Source of the DNA: Terriglobia bacterium
GTDB lineage: Bacteria; Acidobacteriota; Terriglobia; Terriglobales; Acidobacteriaceae
Assembly (NCBI GenBank): GCA_963748935.1
Contig: CAVVLA010000002.1
Location: 14,113-78,112 of the forward strand
DNA: 64,000 bases
Direction: 5' to 3'
Shown: one piece after another, positions 53,695-63,101 of the stretch
Layout: every line of letters starts with the position of its first letter
How positions within the stretch are numbered: position 1 is the first letter of the stretch
Notes under the pieces: model-generated
Told to the model about the DNA's origin: nothing
Databases searched by the model: none
Seen by the model: only the letters and a program-made list of their open reading frames with translations
Translations under genes and position numbers: made by a program

Positions 53695-54987
53695 ATGAAA
53701 CTGACATACGCTTTCCTGCTTGTGATGTTGACTCCCTTTGCCTGCGCTCAGACTCCGGCGCGCTCCAGCGAAGTTGAAGCCATCTATCCCGACACCCGTA
53801 CGCTGTACCTCGACCTGCACCAGAGTCCGGAACTCTCTTCGCATGAAGTCCAAACCGCGGCCAAGCTGGCCGGCCGTTTGCGCGACCTCGGCTATGCGGT
53901 CACCGAGCACGTCGGTGGAACGGGCGTGGTTGCCATCCTTAAGAATGGCGCTGGCCCGACGGTAATGTTTCGCACCGAACTCGACGGGCTACCAGTCGAG
54001 GAAAAGACGGGGCTACCATACGCCAGCAAAATCCACGCCAAAGACGATTCCGGACGCGAGGTGGGCGTGATGCACGCCTGCGGACATGACATACACATGG
54101 CATCGCTGTTCGGAGCGGCCGCCATCATGGCGCACAGCAAAGACACCTGGCATGGAACTCTCATTCTGATTGGCCAGCCCGCGGAAGAAACCATTAGCGG
54201 CGCGAAACGTATGATCGAAGACGGCTTCATGACCCGCTTCCCGAAGCCGGATGTCGCCCTGTCCTTGCACGTGGGCAATCAGCTTCCAGCCGGGAAAGTC
54301 GGAGTCGGTTCCGGATACAGATTCTCCAATGCCGACTCCCTGCGCATCACGATTTACGGAAAAGGCGGCCACGGCTCCATGCCCAACACCACTGTCGATC
54401 CGATTGTGATCGCGGCACGCACCGTGGTCGCGCTGCAAACCATCATCGCACGCGAAGTGAAGCCCGGTGAGGTAGCTGTTGTCACTGTCGGCTACATTCA
54501 AGCCGGCACGAAAAACAACATCATTCCGGACCAGGCTGAATTGGGGCTTACCGTCCGCAGCTATAAACCAGAGGTTCGAAAACAAGTGCTGGCTGCCATC
54601 GACCGGATTACCAAAGCGGAGGCCAACGCAGCCGGCGCCCCACGTGAACCTAAGATTGAACACTACGAAGCTACGGACGCCGTCTACAACGACCCGGCCC
54701 TGGCCCAACGCATGGAGGGCGTCCTGGATTCAGCCCTCGGCAAGGACAACGTGGTAGTTGAAGAGCCAGGACTAGCGTCTGAAGACTTCTCTTACTTCAC
54801 CGCCCAGGGCGTGCCGTCTTTCTATTTTGCTCTGGGTGGAGCGAATCCCGCGAAGTACTCCGAAGCCAAGGCGGCAGGAGTGACTTTGCCTTCCAATCAC
54901 TCTCCATTGTTCGCTCCGGATGTGGACCCGACGCTGCACACCGGGATCGCGGCTGAGGTCGCAGTGCTGCGTAATCTGCTGCAGTAA
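53695..54987 (+). CDS. M20D-family amidohydrolase, secreted
   Basis: Signal peptide MKLTYAFLLVMLTPFACAQ. HACGHDIH and GQPAEE metal-site motifs. Confidence 0.85.
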   Translation: MKLTYAFLLVMLTPFACAQTPARSSEVEAIYPDTRTLYLDLHQSPELSSHEVQTAAKLAGRLRDLGYAVTEHVGGTGVVAILKNGAGPTVMFRTELDGLPVEEKTGLPYASKIHAKDDSGREVGVMHACGHDIHMASLFGAAAIMAHSKDTWHGTLILIGQPAEETISGAKRMIEDGFMTRFPKPDVALSLHVGNQLPAGKVGVGSGYRFSNADSLRITIYGKGGHGSMPNTTVDPIVIAARTVVALQTIIAREVKPGEVAVVTVGYIQAGTKNNIIPDQAELGLTVRSYKPEVRKQVLAAIDRITKAEANAAGAPREPKIEHYEATDAVYNDPALAQRMEGVLDSALGKDNVVVEEPGLASEDFSYFTAQGVPSFYFALGGANPAKYSEAKAAGVTLPSNHSPLFAPDVDPTLHTGIAAEVAVLRNLLQ

Positions 54988-54997
54988 AGGAAGTGAT

Positions 54998-55028
54998 TGT
55001 AGGCGCGAGCGGGACGCTCGCGCCTACA
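54998..55028. repeat. perfect 31-nt REP palindrome TGTAGGCGCGAGCG-GGA-CGCTCGCGCCTACA between convergent genes
   Basis: 14-bp perfect stem including GTAG/CTAC ends. Seen directly. Confidence 0.85.
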
Positions 55029-55035
55029 TGCTAAG

Positions 55036-56625
55036 CTACGCTCCTTCTCCCTTCGCATCGGCTGCCGATGCCGGCACCGCCCGCAACCTGGCCCATTGCC
55101 CTAGCGCCTGGATTTCCTCGGACCGGGTAGTTGAAAGCGGCACGGTGGCCTTGAGGGCGTCGAGCAAACCTTGCGTGTTCACGCTCTGCTTGCTGGAGAA
55201 TGCAGCATATAGCGCTGTCTGTACCGCGGCGTCGATCTCAGCGCCGGAGTAGCCTTTCGCCGCTGCCGCCACGCGATCAAGATCAAACTCGACAGGATTC
55301 CGTTTGCGGCGTGCCAAATGGATCGCGAAAATCTGTTTGCGCTCGGCCTGATTCGGCAGGTCGACGAAAAACAGTTCGTCGAAACGCCCTTTACGAATCA
55401 GTTCGGGCGGCAGGGCGCTGACATTGTTGCAGGTCGCGGCTACAAACACCGGAGCTTTACGATCCTGCATCCAGGAGAGGAAGGCGGCCAGAATGCGCGA
55501 GGACACGCCTGCATCGACCGACGCAGAATCCGGCCCGCTTCCGGCAAATATTTTTTCCAGTTCGTCAATCCAGAACACACAGGGGGCAAGACCTTCAGCC
55601 ACACGGAACACTTTCTGGATTCGCTTCTCGGTCTCACCGATGTACTTGTCGAAGATGGCGGCAGTATCGAATTTCACCAGCGGCAGCTTCCACTCTCCGG
55701 CAATGGCGCGAGCGCACATGCTCTTGCCGCATCCTTGCACGCCGAGAATGATTACTCCTCGCGGGGGCTCCAGGCCGAAGTCGCGCGCTGAATCTTCCCA
55801 GGTGCCACGCCGTTGCGCCAGCCAGGCTTTCAGATTATCGAGACCGCCAACCGCCGCAAGGCTCTCCGAAGCGTCGATGAATTCGAGCATGCCGGAACGA
55901 CGCAGCAGTTCTTTTTTCGCCTCCAGAACATCGGTAACGGTTTCGGCAGTGACGCCGTAGCGGGTCACGATCGCCTGTGAAACCGCGCGATCCGCCTCTT
56001 CCTCGGTCAAACCGCGCAAGTTGTTGGCCATCGCATCGAGGCCAGCGGGATCCAAGGTGCGTTTCAGAGTCCGGCCCTTCCCGACGCGCACGCTGGTCTC
56101 GTCGATGATCTGGCGCAAGCGCTGCTTGTCCGGCAGAGGGAGCTCCAGGAACTCGACCAGGCTGCCCAGTTCCTGCGGAATGGTGATTGAAGGCGCCGTG
56201 ATAATCACGGTGCGCCGGTTGGCGGAAAATTTCTGTCCCACATCACGCAGGCGGCGCACTACGACCGGGTCATCCATGTGGCGATGAAAGTCCTTGAGGA
56301 CAAATGCGGCTTCGACCGACATCGCCTCCAGGTTGCTGAGTGCCTGGGCGGGTTCTTTGCTGTTGTAGAGCGCCTGGGCGCCGGAGTCATGGGCATCGTG
56401 CCCGGTGGCGCTGGCGGCGAAATGGCTCGGCTCGGGGACCAGTTCTCCAACGTCACTTCCGCAACGCACCAGTCCGCTGGCGATACTCCATTCGAAGGTG
56501 GCCAGACTCACCGATGAGCAAGCCACGCGCACCAGGCGGACGGCGCGCATCTCTTCCACGGTTTCCATCACGACAATCGGCGTGGAGGAGTTGAGCAGGA
56601 TTTTAAGGCGCTCCAGAGTATCCAT
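55036..56625 (-). CDS. AAA+ ATPase, Ycf46-like architecture
   Basis: 529 aa. About 260-aa N-terminal domain, then a classic AAA module (GVQGCGKS Walker A, VFWIDELEK Walker B, SRH region ...RKGRFDELFFVDLP). Confidence 0.8.
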   Translation of the reverse strand: MDTLERLKILLNSSTPIVVMETVEEMRAVRLVRVACSSVSLATFEWSIASGLVRCGSDVGELVPEPSHFAASATGHDAHDSGAQALYNSKEPAQALSNLEAMSVEAAFVLKDFHRHMDDPVVVRRLRDVGQKFSANRRTVIITAPSITIPQELGSLVEFLELPLPDKQRLRQIIDETSVRVGKGRTLKRTLDPAGLDAMANNLRGLTEEEADRAVSQAIVTRYGVTAETVTDVLEAKKELLRRSGMLEFIDASESLAAVGGLDNLKAWLAQRRGTWEDSARDFGLEPPRGVIILGVQGCGKSMCARAIAGEWKLPLVKFDTAAIFDKYIGETEKRIQKVFRVAEGLAPCVFWIDELEKIFAGSGPDSASVDAGVSSRILAAFLSWMQDRKAPVFVAATCNNVSALPPELIRKGRFDELFFVDLPNQAERKQIFAIHLARRKRNPVEFDLDRVAAAAKGYSGAEIDAAVQTALYAAFSSKQSVNTQGLLDALKATVPLSTTRSEEIQALGQWARLRAVPASAADAKGEGA

Positions 56626-56742
56626 TTTTCCTTAAGACATCGACTCGAGAAAAGCCAAACACTCTAACCGCAAAGAACGCAAAAAGGTTCCGCGAAGTTC
56701 GCAAGAAAACTAAATTAGGACACCATTGCCAGCCCTGCACAT

Positions 56743-56772
56743 TTGACCGCCTACAACTTACTTGCGTACAAT
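56743..56772 (+). promoter_or_regulatory. putative sigma70 promoter of rpsT
   Basis: TTGACC (56743-56748), 18-nt spacer, TACAAT (56767-56772). About 58 nt upstream of the rpsT ATG. Confidence 0.5.
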
Positions 56773-56829
56773 AACTTATTCGGCTCTCCCCGAAACATCT
56801 CCGGTAGAAACGAAGGTAACGAAGCAGAC

Positions 56830-57093
56830 ATGGCAAACCACTTTTCGGCGCTGAAGCGCGCCCGACAAACTGAAAAGCGAAGTACCCGCAACCGTGCCAA
56901 CACTTCCCGCTTGCGCAGCGCCCTGCGTCAACTGCGAGAGTCATTGGCCAAAGGTGACAAAGCCGGCGCCGACCAGGTTTTCCGGCAGACGGTTTCCGCC
57001 CTCGACAAGGCTGTGCAGAAGGGCGTGATCCACGAGAATACTTCCTCGCGCTACAAGTCTCGCTTGAGTGCGCGGGTGAATGCGTTGAAGTAA
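56830..57093 (+). CDS. rpsT: 30S ribosomal protein S20
   Basis: [33 protein letters not shown]... is the canonical S20 N-terminus. 87 aa. Confidence 0.93.
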   Translation: MANHFSALKRARQTEKRSTRNRANTSRLRSALRQLRESLAKGDKAGADQVFRQTVSALDKAVQKGVIHENTSSRYKSRLSARVNALK

Positions 57094-57141
57094 GAAGTAA
57101 GCTGTCAGCCATCGGCTCTCAGCTCTCAGTAACAGCCCTTC

Positions 57142-57720
57142 TCATCGGAACTTTGGGATCAGGAAGCCGGTGTGTTTCTTGTGCTCGCGGAAGGCCTCGC
57201 CGAACTGCTGGCTGAGCATGGCTTCTTCCTTCTTCGCCTTCAGACAATATCCAGTCAGAACCAGGCACACGCCCAGGACGCATCGCCACTCGTCGATGAC
57301 GAGGGCTGAACCTATGGTCGCCAGAACCAGGCCGGAATAGATGGGGTGCCGCAAATGAGCGTATGGGCCCGTCCGGATAAGCTGGTGGTCTTCCTTGATC
57401 GTGATCCTTGCGCTCCAATACTCGGCCAGGTGATAACGGGCCCAGATGGCCAGCCCAATGCCTGACCAGGTAAGCACCACGCCCAGGATCACGCTGGCCA
57501 GGGTGCGGTGCATGAATCGCATTCCCAGGACACCGATTCCTGCCGAATGGCGGAATAGCAAAATATAGCCTGCGATTTCAATCAACAGGATCGCGATTCG
57601 AGAAGCGGTGGACTCACTCTCGCGGGTGGTGCGGCTCTTGAGCGCGCCAATGATCCAGTAGACGACGAATACGATCCACGGGATCTGGATTAGGAGGCGA
57701 AAAATCTCTTTGTGCGTCAT
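57142..57720 (-). CDS. isoprenylcysteine carboxyl methyltransferase (ICMT)-family membrane methyltransferase
   Basis: Polytopic, with the RTGPYAHLRHPIYSG motif. Confidence 0.85.
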   Translation of the reverse strand: MTHKEIFRLLIQIPWIVFVVYWIIGALKSRTTRESESTASRIAILLIEIAGYILLFRHSAGIGVLGMRFMHRTLASVILGVVLTWSGIGLAIWARYHLAEYWSARITIKEDHQLIRTGPYAHLRHPIYSGLVLATIGSALVIDEWRCVLGVCLVLTGYCLKAKKEEAMLSQQFGEAFREHKKHTGFLIPKFR

Positions 57721-57742
57721 TAACTTCTTGGGCCGGGACTTC

Positions 57743-58867
57743 TTAGACCGGCAACTCTTCTTGCGACCACCCGGGGACTTCCGGCTTGACCTCGGCGGTG
57801 AGATCGAGGATCAGCTTCTCGAGTACGAATCGCTTGCTCGGAGGATTGGAGCGCAAGGCCAGATCGGTCTTCGCGACCAGCCTGATCGCTCTGGTCAGCT
57901 CACGTTTCGATTTGTAACGGCGGGCCTGCCGGATGATATCGTCGGCGGCAAACGGCGGGACGCGGAAACCCTGCCACAGCGCGGCCCATAGCATGCGTTG
58001 GTCACGCACATTGCGTTCCAGGATCACCAGCATCTGGCGAAAGGTCTTGGCCAGCATGTAGATGTGCCCAATGGCGGCCTCGTCGCCGTCTCCGCTGCTC
58101 AGGATTGCGTCCAGCATTTGCAGCGCGCGCACCCGGTCTTTGGCGGAAATCGCATCGGTCAACTCGTACAATGACCTCTGTTTGGCTGCGAGCACCATGG
58201 TTTCCACGTCGCCCAGTGTGATTCGCTTCTTCTCGCCGACGTACAAAATCAGCTTCTCAAGTTCGTTGGAGACCATCATCATGTCGCCGCCGAGAGCGTC
58301 CACCAGTTCGCGGGCTGCGTCGGCATCAATCTTCACGTCCCGCGTATTGCCATATTCACCGATCCAGCGGACCGCCTCACTTTCTTCCACCCGAGCTAGT
58401 TCGACGATGGCGCAATACTGTCCCAGCGTCTCCCGGATGCGCTCGTAGCGTTCCTTGTCGGTCATGTCCATGCGGCGCGCATCCGCGGGGATGCTGATGT
58501 GGTCAGCGACAAAAATCAGGACGGCATCCGGGTTGGGGTCTTTGCTGTAGGCCTCAATCGCCGACAATTTCTCGTCATTCGACCCGCGCCCAAACAGGTT
58601 TTTCACGCCGCGGACGAAGAACACCTGAAACGGAGCCATCAACGAGGGGGTGCGGGCGCGATCGAGAACTTCCGCCAGGTCGGTCTCCGACAGATCGAAG
58701 TCAAACAGACTGAAGTCGCGAAGTTCGTCCGGCACCAGGTGTTTGAGAATGGCCTCGCGGCAGCGCTTGCGGAAGAAAACCTCATCGCCGACGAACACAT
58801 AGACCGGACGCAGCTTACGGGCTTCCACCTCGGAAACGAACCGATCGGCCTGGGCGAAAGCCCGCAT
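57743..58867 (-). CDS. holA: DNA polymerase III subunit delta
   Basis: 374 aa. N-terminal VYVFVGDEVFF pattern and helical C-terminal domains. Position next to lptE is typical. Confidence 0.8.
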   Translation of the reverse strand: MRAFAQADRFVSEVEARKLRPVYVFVGDEVFFRKRCREAILKHLVPDELRDFSLFDFDLSETDLAEVLDRARTPSLMAPFQVFFVRGVKNLFGRGSNDEKLSAIEAYSKDPNPDAVLIFVADHISIPADARRMDMTDKERYERIRETLGQYCAIVELARVEESEAVRWIGEYGNTRDVKIDADAARELVDALGGDMMMVSNELEKLILYVGEKKRITLGDVETMVLAAKQRSLYELTDAISAKDRVRALQMLDAILSSGDGDEAAIGHIYMLAKTFRQMLVILERNVRDQRMLWAALWQGFRVPPFAADDIIRQARRYKSKRELTRAIRLVAKTDLALRSNPPSKRFVLEKLILDLTAEVKPEVPGWSQEELPV

Positions 58868-58913
58868 CAGAAAGCCTCCATAACTAGAAACGCTCCATGA
58901 CTAGAAACCCTAA

Positions 58914-59444
58914 TTAGAAACCCTCCAGCACGTTACTCACGAGGGTGCGGGCGAATTCGCGCGACAGGCGTTCCAGCGCAGGCGAGTCCTCCTCGAAGAA
59001 GCTGGAAAGTTCGCGTGAGACCTGATACTCCTCGCGAAACAGGTACGAAGGATTCTGATAGAGAACCTTGCCCTGCCGGTCGGTAAGTGTGACCCTCGCA
59101 GTGACGACGACTAATGCACTCGAAGCCCGTCCGGTCTGGGAATCATAGGTCAACGGCGAGGTTGACGTAGTCACCACGGTGCCGCGCAGAGTCGCGTCGG
59201 CGGAGTCGCTGGACTCGTTCAGTATGCGGTAGTGGGTACGGCTAACCATTTCGCGCACTACGGCCGCGGTCAGCTTCTGTTCGATCTTGTAGGTTTGAGT
59301 CTGGTTGACGAAAGCAGGTATGGCAATCGTCTGCACGTTGTCAGGGAGGGTGACGGCGTGGCCGGCGGTATGATAACCGCAAGCGGTCGTAAACAACGTC
59401 AAAGTCAGCAACAAGGTGACAGAGTGCCAGGCGCTTGCACCCAT
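58914..59444 (-). CDS. lptE: LPS-assembly lipoprotein LptE-like
   Basis: Lipobox LFTTAC-GYH after a signal peptide. ATG 59444 avoids overlap with the upstream gene. lptE-holA adjacency is conserved. Confidence 0.6.
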   Translation of the reverse strand: MGASAWHSVTLLLTLTLFTTACGYHTAGHAVTLPDNVQTIAIPAFVNQTQTYKIEQKLTAAVVREMVSRTHYRILNESSDSADATLRGTVVTTSTSPLTYDSQTGRASSALVVVTARVTLTDRQGKVLYQNPSYLFREEYQVSRELSSFFEEDSPALERLSREFARTLVSNVLEGF

Positions 59445-59491
59445 CGCGGGCGGGTCGCCCGCGACCACACCATCCCACCTTAACCAGCCGG

Positions 59492-60571
59492 TCATTGAAT
59501 CTTTCCTTTGGGGCGCGATGCGGCCATGCTTTCGGCGCATTCTACGGCGGTGGCGGCGGCGATCCTCAGATTATCGGCTGCCGCCCACAGCCACAGCCCG
59601 GTGAGGAGATTCGGGTCAGGCTGAATCGATACCAGGACGTCGCCTTGTCCCGCGGCGTTCACGTTGCTCGGCGACTCCTCCGCCAACCCAGTAATAGTGA
59701 CATGCTCTCCCGCCAGCGCCTTGGAGATGCTCTCAATCTCGGCCGCGCTTTCCATCTCCAGATGCAGAGTGAAGGCGTGACCGTGAAAGATCGGGGCCTG
59801 CAGCACGAGGACCGATGGCAGAGGCGCGTCCTTGCCGACGATTCGCTGATAGTGCTTGAGTACACGACGCTCGACCGTGGTCAGGGCCGGAACGGATTGC
59901 TCTCCGTAACGCGCCACCATGTTGAACGCCACTTGCGTATCGAAAACCTTTTTCGGCAGCTGCTGGAAGGAAAGCAGGTTCACAGTTTGTTCGTGCAGCT
60001 CATCCATTCCCTTCTGGCCGTGCTCCGAAGCAGGTTCGAACACCGTGGCTACCGCCCGTTTCACCGCTCCTGCTTTCTGCACCCGCAAAAGCAGCAGAGC
60101 CAGGACTACCGAGGCGGGATGAGCTACCACGGCCGGCGCCGGCTGTAGATCCGGGGTAAGCGCCTGTCCCAGTTGGCGTTGAATCCACGGCGACTTCACC
60201 TCCGCTCCAGGTTCGTCCTCCAGAGCGTAGGAAAGATCGACAATCGAGCTGCCCGCCTTTTGCGCCTTCTTCCAATTCTGCCGGGTACATTCCTGGTCGG
60301 AAGCAAAGAAAGTGAAATCGACTTTATCGAACTGCTCGGAGCGCACGCTCTGGATGAAGGAGACTTCGTCGCCCACGGATTCCAGTTGGCCCAGCGATTC
60401 GTTGTCATCGAGCAGCTTGATGTCGGCCGAGGGAAAATTACGGTCGGTCAGCACCTCGGCAATCTCTTTCCCCTTCAGCGTACCCGCACCCACGATTGCC
60501 AGGCGGTAGAGACCGCTTGCCCGCGCCAGATCTGGATGGCTGGTGGGGACGGACTTGAAATTTGAACTCAT
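59492..60571 (-). CDS. aspartate-semialdehyde dehydrogenase-family paralogue lacking the catalytic Cys
   Basis: Rossmann IVGAGTLKGKE, GH motif (PIFHGHA) and C-terminal AADNLRIAAATAVECAE match the Asd fold. The NPNCS active-site segment reads AHPAS. 4-nt overlap with pssA. Confidence 0.75.
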   Translation of the reverse strand: MSSNFKSVPTSHPDLARASGLYRLAIVGAGTLKGKEIAEVLTDRNFPSADIKLLDDNESLGQLESVGDEVSFIQSVRSEQFDKVDFTFFASDQECTRQNWKKAQKAGSSIVDLSYALEDEPGAEVKSPWIQRQLGQALTPDLQPAPAVVAHPASVVLALLLLRVQKAGAVKRAVATVFEPASEHGQKGMDELHEQTVNLLSFQQLPKKVFDTQVAFNMVARYGEQSVPALTTVERRVLKHYQRIVGKDAPLPSVLVLQAPIFHGHAFTLHLEMESAAEIESISKALAGEHVTITGLAEESPSNVNAAGQGDVLVSIQPDPNLLTGLWLWAAADNLRIAAATAVECAESMAASRPKGKIQ

Positions 60572-61449
60572 GAGGTCTGAGATGCTTCCTTATAGGCCGG
60601 AGGTGGCGGCGGACTCCCTTTGCGCCGGAAGATCCACTTCAAACGCCAGAACACGCCAGAAAACACGTACAGCAACGCGATGAGAAACAATACCCACTGG
60701 GAATAAAAGCGAATCGCGGCAAACAACAGTCCAAACAGAATCACCAGTTGAAAGGGCTGCCGCGAACGGAAATCAATGTCCTTGAAGCTGTAGAAGCGCC
60801 AGGTGCTGACCATCAGATAGCCTACGGCCACAACCATCAGCATCCAGGTAATCGCGGTCCACCAGGAAGTGATGGGATCGCCGGCGGAAAAATGCACCAC
60901 CGCGGCGATCACCCCAGCTCCGGCCGGGATGGGCATGCCCACGAAATATTTTTTGCCCGGACGCCCCGGGTTCGACGGTTGAGGATTGCTGGTGATGTTA
61001 AAACGTGCCAAACGGCTCGCGCCGGCCATTAGAAAGAGAAAACTGGCAATGGCGCCGAACTGGAGCAGCTTGTTGTACAACTCTCCGAGGTTAGTGGGCA
61101 ATTGCCGGAACCCCCAGGTCCACGCCAGCAGAGCAGGCGCCACGCCGAAGGTAATTACGTCAGCGAGCGAATCCAACTCCTTGCCAAAATCACTGCTGGT
61201 GCCAGTCATGCGTGCGATGCGGCCGTCGAGGCCATCGAACAGCACAGCGAATCCGATGGCTTTGGCGGCGCTGTCAAAATGCCAGGCATCTGCCGGCGTG
61301 CCGTGCGTAATCTGCAGGATGGCGTAGTACCCGAAGGCGATGTTGGCGGTGGTAAACAGCGAAGGCAGGATGTACAGACCCTTGCTCAGCCGCCGTGGAC
61401 GGCGGCCTTCGCCCTGTCCTCTTGGAATGCTGGGCACTTCAGAGAGCAT
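60568..61449 (-). CDS. pssA: CDP-diacylglycerol--serine O-phosphatidyltransferase
   Basis: CDP-alcohol phosphatidyltransferase motif DGLDGRIARMTGTSSDFGKELDSLAD. Confidence 0.9.
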   Translation of the reverse strand: MLSEVPSIPRGQGEGRRPRRLSKGLYILPSLFTTANIAFGYYAILQITHGTPADAWHFDSAAKAIGFAVLFDGLDGRIARMTGTSSDFGKELDSLADVITFGVAPALLAWTWGFRQLPTNLGELYNKLLQFGAIASFLFLMAGASRLARFNITSNPQPSNPGRPGKKYFVGMPIPAGAGVIAAVVHFSAGDPITSWWTAITWMLMVVAVGYLMVSTWRFYSFKDIDFRSRQPFQLVILFGLLFAAIRFYSQWVLFLIALLYVFSGVFWRLKWIFRRKGSPPPPPAYKEASQTS

Positions 61450-62117
61450 TAAAGTGCTCCTTGCCGAGTCGATCCCGCTCCAACCTCGGCGGCCGGACCT
61501 GCAACGCCGCGCAAATGCGCCAGCACGCTGGCTCCGCCCTTTACGCGATCTCCCACTTTGATGTCCATTCGGGCGGAGGCGTCCAGCAGGACATCGACTC
61601 GTGAACCAAATTTGATCAAGCCTACCCGGTCTCCGAGCTCCACCCGATCACCGACTTTTTTATTAAAAACGATCCTGCGCGCCAGCAGACCCGCGATTTG
61701 TTTGAACACCACGGTCTGCCCGTCGCCCTCGACCGTGACCACATTCTGCTCGTTGAGCTCAGCGGATGCCGGGTTCATCGCGTTCAGGTACTTACCTTTT
61801 TGATAGCGAACAGCGCGGATCACCCCCGCCACCGGGGAACGATTCACGTGCACATCAAAGACGCTGAGAAAAATGCTGATTCGGGTTTGCGGAACACCCT
61901 CCGTGAGAACGGAAGATATAGTCGTAACTTTGCCATCGGCCGGAGATACGACTGCTCCGGGGGAATCTGGAATCGTCCGCTCCGGGTCGCGGAAAAACCA
62001 CAGGAAGAACAGCGCCAGCAGGAACACAGGCACGGCCCACACCGGCCCAGCCAGCCATCCCATGAGTACCGCAACACCGGCCAGCGCGAGCGCGTAATAG
62101 TAGCCGTCAGCAACCAT
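61449..62117 (-). CDS. psd: phosphatidylserine decarboxylase proenzyme (short type)
   Basis: 222 aa. FGSRVDV self-cleavage (GS) site near the C-terminus. 1-nt overlap with pssA. Confidence 0.88.
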   Translation of the reverse strand: MVADGYYYALALAGVAVLMGWLAGPVWAVPVFLLALFFLWFFRDPERTIPDSPGAVVSPADGKVTTISSVLTEGVPQTRISIFLSVFDVHVNRSPVAGVIRAVRYQKGKYLNAMNPASAELNEQNVVTVEGDGQTVVFKQIAGLLARRIVFNKKVGDRVELGDRVGLIKFGSRVDVLLDASARMDIKVGDRVKGGASVLAHLRGVAGPAAEVGAGSTRQGAL

Positions 62118-62183
62118 GGGGAGTAGGAGAATTATAGTGCAGGCAGGGGCGGCTGGTCGCTGTTTGAAGTTAAATGGTAATAA

Positions 62184-62206
62184 AAAAGGCGCTTACGAGC
62201 GCCCTA
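62184..62206 (-). terminator. intrinsic terminator downstream of the DUF465 gene
   Basis: Minus strand reads GGCGCT-CGTA-AGCGCC followed by TTTTTTATT. Confidence 0.7.
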
Positions 62207-62262
62207 TTCGAAGCACAAAAAAGCTGTCGGCGGCGGTTGCCGCTGGTGATTGGAGGTCGTGA

Positions 62263-62493
62263 TTACGCGACTTGGCCTTGCTGCACAGCCATGCGAAATT
62301 GCCGCTCGATGGATTCCATCTGGTCCTTGAGCCGTAACTTCAGCTTCTTCAGACGGACTTCTTCGAGCTTTTCGTCTTCTGTTAGGTAACGTTTTAGGGT
62401 GAGGGATTCGAGACGTTCAGCGTACTGCGTATGCTCCTGAGCCAGCTTGCGAAATTCATCGTGGCTAGCCAGGAGCTGGTCCTTTGGAGTCAT
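62263..62493 (-). CDS. DUF465 (YdcH-like) small coiled-coil protein
   Basis: HDEFRKLAQEHTQYAERLESL...EEVRLKKLKLRLKDQME pattern. ATG 62493 has an AGGAGG SD. Confidence 0.75.
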   Translation of the reverse strand: MTPKDQLLASHDEFRKLAQEHTQYAERLESLTLKRYLTEDEKLEEVRLKKLKLRLKDQMESIERQFRMAVQQGQVA

Positions 62494-62618
62494 CCAGTAG
62501 ACCCTCCTGAGCATTGATACGGCCCTAACCTAACACACGAGTCCGGCCGCTTCAATCCTAAATTCCCTCCATAAGGAAGTTTTCATGGTACCTAACTTTG
62601 CACCAGTTATGATGCAAA

Positions 62619-63071
62619 TCAAGCAAATCCAAGGCGATACAGAATCGCATCTTCCTCAGGATTCCTGTAGTAGCGCTTGCGCCTACCGCCTTGCGTGAAT
62701 GACCATTTCTCGTACAGGGCCTGCGCCGCGCGGTTCGATGCTCGCACTTCGAGAAATACCGCGTCTGCCCCTTTTGCTCTGGCCAGGTCCAATAGCTCCC
62801 CCAACAGACGCGTGCCCAGACCTCGCCGGCGAGCAGGACCTGCGATGGCAATATTTTCGAGTTCCCACTCCGCACCAACCGCGTGAGCAATCACGAACCC
62901 CTGCACCTGCAATTCCTCCTCGAGAATCAACGCCACCCGCTCACCACCCGAGGCGCGAAACATCGCCTCATACTGCTCGACAGACCAGTGCGCCGCGGTG
63001 GCCGCATGCTTCTCCAAAGCCATCATGGCGGAAAGATCGGCTGACGTCGCCGCACGAATGAAGAGTTTCAC
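62619..63071 (-). CDS. rimI: ribosomal-protein-alanine N-acetyltransferase (GNAT)
   Basis: 150 aa. Acetyl-CoA motif RRRGLGTRLL. Immediately downstream of tsaB, as usual. Confidence 0.85.
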   Translation of the reverse strand: MKLFIRAATSADLSAMMALEKHAATAAHWSVEQYEAMFRASGGERVALILEEELQVQGFVIAHAVGAEWELENIAIAGPARRRGLGTRLLGELLDLARAKGADAVFLEVRASNRAAQALYEKWSFTQGGRRKRYYRNPEEDAILYRLGFA

Positions 63072-63101
63072 GCTTCTTTGCCGAGAACCGAGAACCTGAA
63101 A

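Noticed and set aside
62221-62262. Second terminator immediately after the DUF465 stop (GCGGC-AACC-GCCGC ... TTTTTT)
   Set aside because: The stem is short and separated from the T-run by 7 nt. The cleaner hairpin at 62184-62206 was retained instead.
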